From Eledone cirrhosa (lineage: Eukaryota), in assembly GCA_964016885.1 (NCBI GenBank), contig OZ024756.1, forward strand, positions 4,464,001 through 4,528,000: 64,000 nucleotides of DNA. The letters are read 5' to 3'. Of this stretch, positions 1-15,949 are shown in pieces (within the stretch, counting starts at the first letter, position 1; the number at the start of each line of letters is the position of its first letter). The notes under the pieces were generated by a model. That model did no database searches. It was not told the DNA's origin and saw nothing but the letters and a program-made list of their open reading frames with translations. The position numbers and the translations under genes are program-made.

Positions 1-3000
1 TATACTGGAGATATACTGGAGATATACTGAATATATATTGGAGATATACTGGAGATATACTGGAGATAAACAGGAGATATACTGGAGATAAACTGGAGAT
101 ATACTGAATATATATTGGAGATGTACTGGAGATATACTGGAGATATAGTGGAGATATACTGGAGATATACTGGAGATATACTGGAGATATACTGGAGATA
201 TACTGGAGATATAATGGAGATATATTGGAGATATACTGGAGATATACTGGAGATATACTGAAGATATACTGGAGATAAACAGGAGATATACTGGAGATAA
301 ACTGGAGATATACTAAAGATATATTGGAGATATATTAAGATATTATGGAGAAATACTGGAGATATATACTGGGGATATACTGGAGATATACTAGGGTTAT
401 ACTGGAGATATACTAGGGTTATACTGGAGACATACTGGAGATACACTGGAGATATAGTGCAGATATACTGGAGATATACTGGAAATATACTGGAGATATA
501 TTGGAGATATACTGGAGATATACTGAATATATTCTGGAGATAAACTGGAGATATACTGGACATATACTGGAGATATACTCGAGATATACTGAAGATATAT
601 TGGAGATATACTAAGATATACTGGGGAAATACTGGGGATATATACTGGGGATATACTGAACATATACTGGGGTATACTGTAGATATACTGGAGATAAACT
701 GGAGATAAACTGGAGATATACTGGAGATATACTGGAGATATACTGAAGATATCCTGGAGGCATATTGAAAATATACTGGAGATATACTGGGGATATACTG
801 GAGATATACAGGAGATATACTACAGATATACTCGATATATACTGGGGTTATACTGGTGATATACAGGAGATATACTGGAGATATACTGGAGATATACTGG
901 AGATATATTGGAGATATACTGGAGATATACTGGAGATATACTGAAAATATACTGGAGATATACTGGAGATATACTGGAGATAAACTGGAGATATCCTGGA
1001 GATATATTGGAGATATACTGGAGATATACTGGAAAATATACTAACGATATTTTGGAGATATACTAAGATATACTGGAGAAACACTTGAGATATATACTGG
1101 GGATATACTGGAGATATACTGGGGCATACTGGAGATATACTAGTGTTATACTGGAGACATACTGGAGATATACTGGACATATACTGGGGATATACTATGA
1201 TATACTGGAGTTATACTAGATATATATTGGAGATATACTGGAGATATACTGGAGATATACTGAATATATATTGGAGATATACTGGAGATATACTGGGGAT
1301 ATACTGCAGATATACTGGAGATATACTACGGATATACTGGAGATATACTGGAGACATATTGAAGATATACTGTAGATATACTGGAGATACACAGGAGATA
1401 TACTGGGGATATACTGGAGATATACTGGAGATATACTAGACATATCCTGGGGTTACACTGGAGATATACTGGAGATATATTGGAGATATACTAAGATATA
1501 CTGGAGATATACTGGATATATATTGGAGATATACTGGAGATATACTGGGGATTTACTGGAGATATACTGGAGATATACTGGAGATATACTGGAGATATAC
1601 TGGAGATATACTGGAGATATACCTGAGATATACCTGAGATATACCTGAGATATACTGGAGACATACAGGAGATAAACTAGGCATATACTGGAGATATACT
1701 GGAGATATACTGAGGATATACTGGAGATATACTGGAGATATACTAAAGATATACTGGAGAAATACTGGAGATATATACTGGGGCTATACTGGAGATATGC
1801 TAGGGATATACTGGAGATATACTGAGGATATACTAGAGACATATTGAAGATATACTGGAGATATACTGGAGACATATTGAAGATATACTGGAGATATACT
1901 AGAAATATACTGGAGATATACTGGGGATATACTAGAGATATACAGGAGATATACTACAGATATACTGGATATATACTGGGGTTATACTGGAGATATACAG
2001 GAGATATAGTGGAGATATACTGGATATATATTGGAGATATACTGGAGATATACTGGGGATATACTGGAGATATACTGGAGATATACTGGAGATATACTGG
2101 AGATATACCTGAGATATACCTGAAATATACTGGAGACATACTGGAGATAAACTAGGCATATACTGGAGATATACTGAGGATATACTGGAGACATATTGAA
2201 GATATACTGTAGATATACTGGAGACATATTGAAGATATACTGGAGATATACTAGAGATATACTGGAGATATACTGGGGATATACTGGAGATATACAGGAG
2301 ATATACTACAGATATACTGGATATATACTGGCGTTATACTGGAGATATACAGGAGATATACTGGAGATATACTGGAGATATATTGGAGATATACTGGAGA
2401 TATACTGGAGATATACTGGAGATATACTGGAGATAAACTGGAGATATACTGGAGATATACTGAATATATATTGGAGATATACTGGAGATATACTGGAGAT
2501 AAACAGGAGATATACTGGAGATATACTGGAGATATACTGGAGATATACTGAATATATATTGGAGATATACTGGAGATATACTGGAGATAAACAGGAGATA
2601 TACTGGAGATAAACTGGAGATATACTGAATATATATTGGAGATGTACTGGAGATATACTGGAGATATAGTGGAGATATACTGGAGATATACTGGAGATAT
2701 ACTGGAGATATACTGGAGATATAATGGAGATATATTGGAGATATACTGGAGATATACTGGAGATATACTGAAGATATACTGGAGATAAACAGGAGATATA
2801 CTGGAGCTTAACTGGAGATATACTAAAGATATATTGGAGATATACTAAGATATTATGGAGAAATACTGGAGATATATACTGGGGATATACTGGAGATATA
2901 TTGGGGCATACTGGAGATATACTAGGGTTATACTGGAGACATACTGGAGATATACTGGATATACTGCAGATATACTGGAGATACACTGGAGATACACTGG

Positions 3001-6000
3001 AGATATAGTGGAGATATACTGGAGATATACTGGAAATATACTGGAGATATATTGGAGATATACTGGAGATATACTGAATATATTCTGGAGATAAACTGGA
3101 GATATACTGGACATATACTGGAGATATACTCGAGATATACTGAAGATATATTGGAGATATACTAAGATATACTGGAGAAATACTGGGGATATATACTGGG
3201 GATATACTGAACATATACTGGGGTATACTGTAGATATACTGGAGATAAACTGGAGATAAACTGGAGATAAACTGGAGATATACTGGAGATATACTGGAGA
3301 TATACTGGAGATATACTGAAGATATCCTGGAGACATATTGAAAATATACTGGAGATATACTGGGGATATACTGGAGATATACAGGAGATATACTACAGAT
3401 ATACTCGATATATACTGGGGTTATACTGGTGATATACAGGAGATATACTGGAGATATACTGGAGATATACTGGAGATATATTGGAGATATACTGGAGATA
3501 TACTGGAGATATACTGAAAATATACTGGAGATATACTGGAGATATACTGGAGATAAACTGGAGATATCCTGGAGATATATTGGAGATATACTGGAGATAT
3601 ACTGGAAAATATACTAACGATATTTTGGAGATATACTAAGATATAATGGAGAAACACTTGAGATATATACTGGGGATATACTGGATATATACTGGGGCAT
3701 ACTGGAGATATACTAGTGTTATACTGGAGACATACTGGAGATATACTGGAGATATACTGGGGATATACTATGATATACTGGAGTTATACTAGATATATAT
3801 TGGAGATATACTGGAGATATACTGGAGATATACTGAATATATATTGGAGATATACTGGAGATATACTTGGGATATACTGCAGATATACTGGAGATATACT
3901 ACGGATATACTGGAGATATACTGGAGACATATTGAAGATATACTGTAGATATACTGGAGATACACAGGAGATATACTGGGGATATACTGGAGATATACTG
4001 GAGATATACTAGACATATCCTGGGGTTACACTGGAGATATACTGGAGATATATTGGAGATATACTAAGATATACTGGAGATATACTGGATATATATTGGA
4101 GATATACTGGAGATATACTGGGGATTTACTGGAGATATACTGGAGATATACTGGAGATATACTGGAGATATACTGGAGATATACTGGAGATATACTGGAG
4201 ATATACCTGAGATATACCTGAGATATACTGGAGACATACTGGAGATAAACTAGGCATATACTGGAGATATACTGGAGATATACTGAGGATATACTGGAGA
4301 AATACTGGAGATATATACTGGGGCTATACTGGAGATATGCTAGGGATATACTGGAGATATACTGAGGATATACTAGAGACATATTGAAGATATACTGGAG
4401 ATATACTGGAGACATATTGAAGATATACTGGAGATATACTAGAAATATACTGGAGATATATTGGGGATATACTAGAGATATACAGGAGATATACTACAGA
4501 TATACTGGATATATACTGGGGTTATACTGTAGATATACAGGAGATATAGTGGAGATATACTGGATATATATTGGAGATATACTGGAGATATACTGGGGAT
4601 ATACTGGAGATATACTGGAGATATACTGGAGATATACTGGAGATATACCTTAGATATACCTGAGATATACTGGAGACATACTGGAGATAAACTAGGCATA
4701 TACTGGAGATATACTGGAGATATATACTGGGGATATACTGGAGATATACTGGGCATACTGGAGATATACTAGGGTTATACTGGAGACATACTGGAGATAT
4801 ATTGGGGATATACTGGAGATATGCTAGGGATATACTGGAGATATACTGAGGATATACTGGAGACATATTGAAGATATACTGTAGATATACTGGAGACATA
4901 TTGAGGATATACTGGAGATATACTAGAGATATACTGGAGATATACTGGGGATATACTGGAGATATACAGGAGATATACTACAGATATACTGTATATATAC
5001 TGGGGTTATACTGGAGATATACAGGAGATATACTGGAGATATACTGGAGATATACTGGAGATATACTGGAGATATACTGGAGATAAACTGGAGATATACT
5101 GGAGATATACTGAATATATATTGGAGATATACTGGAGATAAACAGGAGATATACTGGAGATATACTGGAGATAAACTGGAGATAAACTGGAGATATACTG
5201 GAGATATACTGGAGATATACTGGAGATATACTGAATATATATTGGAGATATAATGGAGATATACTGGAGATAAACAGGAGATATACTGGAGATATACTGG
5301 AGATAAACTGGAGATATACTGAATATATACTGGAGATATACTGGAGATATACTGGAGATATAGTGGAGATATACTGGAGATATACTGGAGATATACTGAA
5401 AATATACTGGAGATATACTGGAGATATACTGGAGATATAATGGAGATATATTGGAGATATACTGGAGATATACTGGAGATATACTGAAGATATACTGGAG
5501 ATAAACAGGAGATATACTGGAGATAAACTGGAGATATACTAAAGATATATTGGAGATATACTAAGATATTATGGAAAATACTGGAGATATATACTGGGGA
5601 TATACTGGAGATATACTGGGGCATACTGGAGATATACTAGGGTTATACTGGAGACATACTGGAGATATACTGGATATACTGCAGATATACTGGAGATACA
5701 CTGGAGATACACTGGAGATATAGTGGAGATATACTGGAGATATACTGGAGACATACTGGAGATATACTGGAGATATACTGGAAATATACTAGAGATATAT
5801 TGGAGATATACTGGAGATATACTGAATATATTCTGGAGATATATTGCAGATATACTGGAGATACACTGGAGATACACTGGAGATATACTGGAGATATACT
5901 GGAGATATACTGGAGATATACTGGACATATACTGGACATATACTGGAGATATACTCGAGATATACTGAAGATATATTGGAGATATACTAGGATATACTGG

Positions 6001-9000
6001 AGAAATACTGGGGATATATACTGGGGATATACTGAAGATATACTGGGGTATACTGTAGATATACTGGAGATATACTGGGGATATATTGGAGATATACTGG
6101 AGATATACTGAGATATACTGGAGATACACTGGAGATATACTGGAGATATACTGGAGATATACTGGAGATATACTGGAGATATCCTGGAGATATACTGGAG
6201 ATATACTGGAGATATCCTGGAGATATACTGGGAATATACTAGGGAAATACTGGAGATATACTGAGGATATACTGGAGACATATTGAAAATATACTGTAGA
6301 TATACTGGAGACATATTGAAGATATACTGGAGATATACTAGAGATATACTGGAGATATACTGGGGATATACTGGAGATATACAGGAGATATACTACAGAT
6401 ATACTCGATATATACTGGGGTTATACTGGGGATATACAGTAGATATACTGGAGATATACTGGAGATATACTGGAGATATATTGGAGATATACTGGAGATA
6501 TACTGGAGATATACTGGAGATATACTGGAGATATACTGGAGATAAACAGGAGATATACTGGAGATATACTGGAGATAAACTGGAGATATCCTGGAGATAT
6601 ATTGGAGATATACTGGAGATATACTGGAAAGTATACTAACTATATTTTGGAGATATACTAAGATATACTGGAGAAACACTTGAGATATATACTGGGGATA
6701 TACTGGAGATATACTGGGGCATACTGGAGATATACTAGGGTTATACTGGAGACATACTGGAGATATACTGGGGATATACTATGATATACTGGAGTTATAC
6801 TAGATATATATTGGAGATATACTGGAGATATACTGGAGATATACTGTATATATATTGGAGATATACTGGAGATATACTGGGGATATACTGCAGATATACT
6901 GGAGATATACTACGGATATACTGGAGATATACTGGAGACATATTGAAGATATACTGGGGATATACTGGAGATATACTGGAGATATACTAGACATATCCTG
7001 GGGTTACACTGGAGATATACTGGTGATATATTGGAGATATACTAAGATATACTGGAGATATACTGGAGATATACTGGAGATATACTGGAGATATACTGGG
7101 GATTTACTGGAGATATACTGGAGATATACTGGAGATATACTGGAGATATACTGGAGATATACTGGAGATATACCTGAGATATACCTGAGATATACCTGAG
7201 ATATACTGGAGACATACTGGAGATAAACTAGGCATATACTGGAGATATACTGGAGATATACTGAGGATATACTGGAGATATACTGGAGATATACTAAAGA
7301 TATACTGGAGAAATACTGGAGATATATACTGGGGCTATACTGGAGATATGCTAGGGATATACTGGAGATATACTGAGGATATACTAGAGACATATTGAAG
7401 ATATACTGGAGATATACTGGAGACATATTGAAGATATACTGGAGATATACTAGAAATATACTGGAGATATACTGGGGATATACTAGAGATATACAGGAGA
7501 TATACTACAGATATACTGGATATATACTGGGGTTATACTGGAGATATACAGGAGATATAGTGGAGATATACTGGATATATATTGGAGATATACTGGAGAT
7601 ATACTGGGGATATACTGGAGATATACTGGAGATATACTGGAGATATACTGGAGATATACCTGAGACATACTGGAGATAAACTAGGCATATACTGGAGATA
7701 TACTGGAGATATATACTGGGGATATACTGGAGATATACTGGGCATACTGGAGATATACTAGGGTTATACTGGAGACATACTGGAGATATACTGGGGATAT
7801 ACTGGAGATATGCTAGGGATATACTGGAGATATACTGAGGATATACTGGAGACATATTGAAGATATACTGTAGATATACTGGAGACATATTGAAGATATA
7901 CTGGAGATATACTAGAGATATACTGGAGATATACTGGGGATATACTGGAGATATACAGGAGATATACTACAGATATACTGGATATATACTGGGGTTATAC
8001 TGGAGATATACAGGAGATATACCGGAGATATACTGGAGATATATTGGAGATATACTGGAGATATACTGGAGATATACTGGAGATATACTGGAGATAAACT
8101 GGAGATATACTGGAGATATACTGAATATATATTGGAGATATACTGGAGATATACTGGAGATAAACAGGAGATATACTGGAGATATACTGGAGATAAACTG
8201 GAGATATACTGGAGATATACTGGAGATATACTGGAGATATACTGAATATATATTGGAGATATACTGGAGATATACTGGAGATAAACAGGAGATATACTGG
8301 AGATATACTGGAGATATACTGAAAATATACTGGAAATATACTGGAGATATACTGGAGATATACTGGAGATATACTGGAGATATAATGGAGATATATTGGA
8401 GATATACTGGAGATATACTGGAGATATACTGAGGATATACTGGAGATAAACAGTAGATATACTGGAGATAAACTGGAGATATACTAAAGATATATTGGAG
8501 ATATACTAAGATATTATGGAGAAATACTGGAGATATATACTGGGGATATACTGGAGATATATTGGGGCATACTTGAGATATACTAGGGTTATACTGGAGA
8601 CATACTGGAGATATACTGGATATACTGCAGATATACTGGAGATACACTGGAGATACACTGGAGATATAGTGGAGATATACTGAAGATATACTGGAAATAT
8701 ACTGGAGATATATTGGAGATATACTGAATATATTCTGGAGATAAACTGGAGATATACTGGACATATACTGGAGATATACTCGAGATATACTGAAGATATA
8801 TTGGAGATATACTAAGATATACTGGAGAAATACTGGGGATATATACTGGGGATATACTGAACATATACTGGGGTATACTGTAGATATACTGGAGATAAAC
8901 TGGAGATAAACTGGAGATATACTGGAGATATACTGGAGATATACTGGAGATATACTGGAGATATACTGAAGATATCCTGGAGGCATATTGAAAATATACT

Positions 9001-12000
9001 GGAGATATACTGGGGATATACTGGAGATATACAGGAGATATACTACAGATATACTCGATATATACTGGGGTTATACTGGTGATATACAGGAGATATACTG
9101 GAGATATACTGGAGATATACTGGAGATATATTGGAGATATACTGGAGATTTACTGGAGATATACTGAAAATATACTGGAGATATACTGGAGATATACTGG
9201 AGATAAACTGGAGATATCCTGGAGATATATTGGAGATATACTGGAGATATACTGGAAAATATACTAACGATATTTTGGAGATATACTAAGATATACTGGA
9301 GAAATACTGGGGATATATACTGGGGATATACTGAACATATACTGGGGTATACTGTAGATATACTGGAGATAAACTGGAGATAAACTGGAGATATACTGGA
9401 GATATACTGGAGATATACTGGAGATATACTGAAGATATCCTGGAGGCATATTGAAAACATACTGGAGATATACTGGGGATATACTGGAGATATACAGGAG
9501 ATATACTACAGATATACTCGATATATACTGGGGTTATACTGGTGATATACAGGAGATATACTGGAGATATACTGGAGATATACTGGAGATATATTGGAGA
9601 TATACTGGAGATATACTGGAGATATACTGAAAATATACTGGAGATATACTGGAGATATACTGGAGATAAACTGGAGATATCCTGGAGATATACTGGAGAT
9701 ATACTGGAAAATATACTAACGATATTTTGGAGATATACTAAGATATACTGGAGAAACACTTGAGATATATACTGGGGATATACTGGAGATATACTGGGGC
9801 ATACTGGAGATATACTGGGGATATACTATGATATACTGGAGTTATACTAGATATATATTGGAGATATACTGGAGATATACTGGAGATATACTGAATATAT
9901 ATTGGAGATATACTGGAGATATACTTGGGATATACTGCAGATATACTGGAGATATACTACGGATATACTGGAGATATACTGGAGATATATTGAAGATATA
10001 CTGTAGATATACTGGAGATACACAGGAGATATACTGGGGATATACTGGAGATATACTGGAGATATACTAGACATATCCTGGGGTTACACTGGAGATATAC
10101 TGGAGATATATTGGAGATATACTAAGATATACTGGAGATATACTGGATATATATTGGAGATATACTGGAGATATACTGGGGATTTACTGGAGATATACTG
10201 GCGATATACTGGAGATATACTGGAGATATACTGGAGATATACTGGAGATATACTGGAGATATACTGGAGATATACCTGAGATATACCTGAGATATACCTG
10301 AGATATACTGGAGACATACTGGAGATAAACTAGGCATATACTGGAGATATACTGGAGATATACTGAGGATATACTAGAGATATACTGGAGATATACTAAA
10401 GATATACTGGAGAAATACTGGAGATATATACTGGGGCTATACTGGAGATATGCTAGGGATATACTGGAGATATACTGAGGATATACTAGAGACATATTGA
10501 AGATATACTGGAGATATACTGGAGACATATTGAAGATATACTGGAGATATACTAGAAATATACTGGAGATATACTGGGGATATACTAGAGATATACAGGA
10601 GATATACTACAGATATACTGGATATATACTGGGGTTATACTGGAGATATACAGGAGATATAGTGGAGATATACTGGATATATATTGGAGATATACTGGAG
10701 ATATACTGGGGATATACTGGAGATATACTGGAGATATACTGGAGATATACTGGAGATATACTGGGGATATACTGGAGATATGCTAGGGATATACTGGAGA
10801 TATACTGAGGATATACTGGAGACATATTGAAGATATACTGTAGATATACTGGAGACATATTGAGGATATACTGGAGATATACTAGAGATATACTGGAGAT
10901 ATACTGGGGATATACTGGAGATATACAGGAGATATACTACAGATATACTGTATATATACTGGGGTTATACTGGAGATATACAGGAGATATACTGGAGATA
11001 TACTGGAGATATACTGGAGATATACTGGAGATATACTGGAGATAAACTGGAGATATACTGGAGATATACTGAATATATATTGGAGATATACTGGAGATAT
11101 ACTGGAGATAAACAGGAGATATACTGGAGATATACTGGAGATAAACTGGAGATATACTGAATATATATTGGAGATATACTGGAGATATAGTGGAGATATA
11201 CTGGAGATATACTGGAGATATAATGAAAATATACTGGAGATATACTGGAGATATACTGGAGATATAATGGAGATATATTGGAGATATACTGGAGATATAC
11301 TGGAGATATACTGAAGATATACTGGAGATAAACAGGAGATATACTGGAGATAAACTGGAGATATACTAAAGATATATTGGAGATATACTAAGATATTATG
11401 GAGAAATACTGGAGATATATACTGGGGATATACTGGAGATATATTGGGGCATACTGGAGATATACTAGGGTTATACTGGTGACATACTGGAGATATATTA
11501 TATATACTGCAGATATACTGGAGATACACTGGAGATACACTGGAGATACACTGGAGATATAGTGGAGATATACTGGAGATATACTGGAAATATACTGGAG
11601 ATATATTGGAGATATACTGGAGATATACTGAATATATTCTGGAGATAAACTGGAGATATACTGGACATATACTGGAGATATACTCGAGATATACTGAAGA
11701 TATATTGGAGATATACTAAGATATACTGGAGAAATACTGGGGATATATACTGGGGATATACTGAACATATACTGGGGTATACTGTAGATATACTGGAGAT
11801 AAACTGGAGATAAACTGGAGATTTACTGGAGATATACTGGAGATATACTGGAGATATACTGGAGATATACTGAAGATATCCTGGAGGCATTTGAAAATAT
11901 ACTGGAGATATACTGGGGATATACTGGAGATATACAGGAGATATACTACAGATATACTCGATATATACTGGGGTTATGCTGGTGATATACAGGAGATATA

Positions 12001-13000
12001 CTGGAGATATACTGGAGATATACTGGAGATATATTGGAGATATACTGGAGATATACTGGAGATATACTGAAAATATACTGGGGATATACTGGAGATATAC
12101 TGGAGATATACTGGAGATACACAGGAGATATACTGGGGATATACTGGAGATATACTGGAGATATACTAGACATATCCTGGGGTTACACTGGAGATATACT
12201 GGAGATATATTGGAGATATACTAAGATATACTGGAGATATACTGGATATATTTTGGAGATATACTGGAGATATACTGGGGATTTACTGGAGATATACTGG
12301 AGATATACTGGAGATATACTGGAGATATACTGGAGATATACTGGAGATACACCTGAGATATACCTGAGATATACCTGAGATATACTGGAGACATACTGGA
12401 GATAAACTAGGCATATACTGGAGATATACTGGAGATATGCTAGGGATATACTGGAGATGTTCTGAGGATATACTAGAGACATATTGAAGATATACTGTAG
12501 ATATACTGGAGACATATTGAAGATATACTGGAGATATACTAGAAATATACTGGAGATATACTGGGGATATACTAGAGATATACAGGAGATATACTACAGA
12601 TATACTGGATATATACTGGGTTTATACTGGAGATATACAGGAGATATAGTGGAGATATACTGGATATATATTGGAGATATACTGGAGATATACTGGGGAT
12701 ATACTGGAGATATACTGGAGATATACTGGAGATATACTGGAGATATACCTGAGATATGCCTGAGATTTACTGGAGACATACTGGAGATAAACTAGGCATA
12801 TACTGGAGATATACTGGAGATATACTGAGGATATACTGGAGATATACTGGAGATATACTAAAGATATATTGGAGATATACTAAGATATACTGGAGAAATA
12901 CTGGAGATATATACTGGGGATATACTGGAGATATACTGGAGATATACTGGAGATATACTGAATATATATTGGAGATATACTGGAGATATACTGGAGATAA
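1..13000 (+). repeat. Left HOR domain: about five imperfect units of 2.1-3.1 kb
   Basis: Marker CATATCCTGGGGTTACACTGG at 1441, 4014, 6992, 10072 and 12171 (spacings 2573, 2978, 3080, 2099). Near-identical ORFs offset by 2573 (856/3429, 1143/3716, 1216/3789, 1453/4026). Runs of ATATACCTGAG follow each marker. Confidence 0.88.
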
Positions 13001-15949
13001 ACAGGAGATATACTAGAGATATACTGGAGATAAACTGGAGATATACTGAATATATATTGGAGATATACTGGAGATATACTGGAGATAAACAGGAGATATA
13101 CTGGGGATATACTGGAGATATACTGGAGATATACCTGAGATATACTGGAGATATACTGAAAATATACTGGAGATATACTGGAGATATACTGGAGATATAA
13201 TGGAGATATATTGGAGATATACTGGAGATATACTGGAGATATACTGAAGATATACTGGAGATAAACAGGAGATATACTGGAGATATACTGGAGATATACT
13301 GGAGATAAACTGGAGATATACTAAAGATATATTGGAGATATACTAAGATATTATGGAGAAATACTGGAGATATATACTGGGGATATACTGGAGATATACT
13401 GGAGATATACTGGAGATATACTGAATATATATTGGAGATATACTGGAGATATACTGGAGATATACTGGAGATAAACAGGAGATATACTGGAGATATACTG
13501 GAGATAAACTGGAGATATACTGAATATATATTGGAGATATACTGGAGATATACTGGAGATATACTGGAGATAAACAGGAGATATACTGGAGATATACTGG
13601 AGATATACTGGAGATATACCTGAGATATACTGGAGATATACTAAAAATATACTGGAGATATACTGGAGATATAATGGAGATATATTGGAGATATACTGGA
13701 GATATACTGGAGATATACTGAAGATATACTGGAGATAAACAGGAGATATACTGGAGATATACTGGAGATTAACTGGAGATATACTAAAGATATATTGGAG
13801 ATATACTAAGATATTATGGAGAAATACTGGAGATATATAGTGGGGATATACTGGAGATATATTGGGGCATACTGGAGATATACTAGGGTTATACTGGAGA
13901 CATACTGGAGATATACTGGATATACTGCAGATATACTGGAGATACACTGGAGATACACTGGAGATATACTGGAAATATACTGGAGATATATTGGAGATAT
14001 ACTGGAGATATACTGAATATATTCTGGAGATAAACTGGAGATATACTGGACATATACTGGAGATATACTCGAGATATACTGAAGATATATTGGAGATATA
14101 CTAAGATATACTGGAGAAATACTGGGGATATATACTGGGGATATACTGAACATATACTGGGGTATACTGTAGATATAGTGGAGATAAACTGGAGATAAAC
14201 TGGAGATATACTGGACATATACTGGGGTTACACTGGAGATATATTGGAGATATACTGGAGATATACAGGAGATATACTGGAAATATACTGGAGATATACT
14301 GGAGATATACTGGAGATACACAGGAGATACACTGAAGATATGCTAGGGATATACTGGAGATATACTGGAGATATACTGGATATATATTGGAGATATACTG
14401 GAGATATACTGGGGATATACTGCAGATATACTGGGGATATACTAGGGATATACTGGAGATATACTGGAGACATATTGAAGATATACTGTAGATATACTGG
14501 AGATACACAGGAAATATACTGGGGATATACTGGAGATATACTGGAGATATACTGGAGATATATGGAGATAAACTGGAGATATACTGGACATATACTGGGG
14601 TTACACTGGAGATATACTGGAGATATATTGGAGATATACTAAGATATACTGGAGATATACTGGATATATATTGGAGATTTACTGGAGATATACTGGGGAT
14701 ATACTGGAGATATGCTGGAAATATACTGGAGATATACTGGAGATATACCTGAGATATACCTGAGATATACTGGAGACATACTGGAGATAAACTAGGCATA
14801 TACTGGAGATATACTGGAGATATACTGGAGACATACTGGAGATAAACTAGGCATATACTGGAGAAATACTGGAGATATATACTGGGGATATACTCGAGAT
14901 ATTCTGGGGCATACAGGAGATATACTAGAGATATACTGGAGACATACTGGAGATATACTGAGGATATACTGGAGACATATTGAAGATATACTGTAGATAT
15001 ACTGGAGACATACTAGAGATATACTGGAGATATACTGGAGATATACAGGAGATATACTGGAGATATACTAGGGATATACTGGAGATATACTGGAGATATA
15101 CTGGGGATATACTGGAGATATACAGGAGATATACTACAGATATACTGGATATCTACTGAGGTTATACTGGGGATATACAGGAGATATACTGGAGATATAC
15201 TGGAGATATACTGGAGATATACTGGATATATACTGGAGATATACTTGAGATATACTGGAGATATACTGGGGATATACTATGATATACTGGAGATATACTG
15301 GATATATATTGGAGATATACTGGAGATATACTGGGATATACTGCAGATATACTGGAGATATACTAGGGATATACTGGAGATATACTGAAGACATATTGAA
15401 GATATACTGTAGATATACTGGAGATACACAGGAGATATACTGGGGATATACTGGAGATATACTGGAGATACACAGTAGATATACTGGGGATATACTGGAG
15501 ATATACTGGAGATATATGGAGATGAACTGGAGATATACTGGACATATACTGGGGTTACACTGGAGATATACAGGAGATATACTAAGATATAGTGGAGATA
15601 TACTAAGATATACTGGAGTAATACTGGAGATATATACTGGGGATATACTGGAGATATACTGGGGGAAAATGGAGACATACTGGAGATATACTGGGGATAT
15701 ACTGGAGATATACTGAGGATATACTGGAGACATATTGAAGATATACTGTAGATATACTGGAGACATATTGAAGATATACTGGAGATATACTAGAGATATA
15801 CTGGAGATTACAGGAGATACACTACAGATATACTGGATATATACTTGGGTTATACTGGAGATATACAGGAGATATACTGGAGATATACTGGAGATATACT
15901 GGAGATAGTATTGGAGATATACTGGAGATATACAGGAGATATACTGGAG

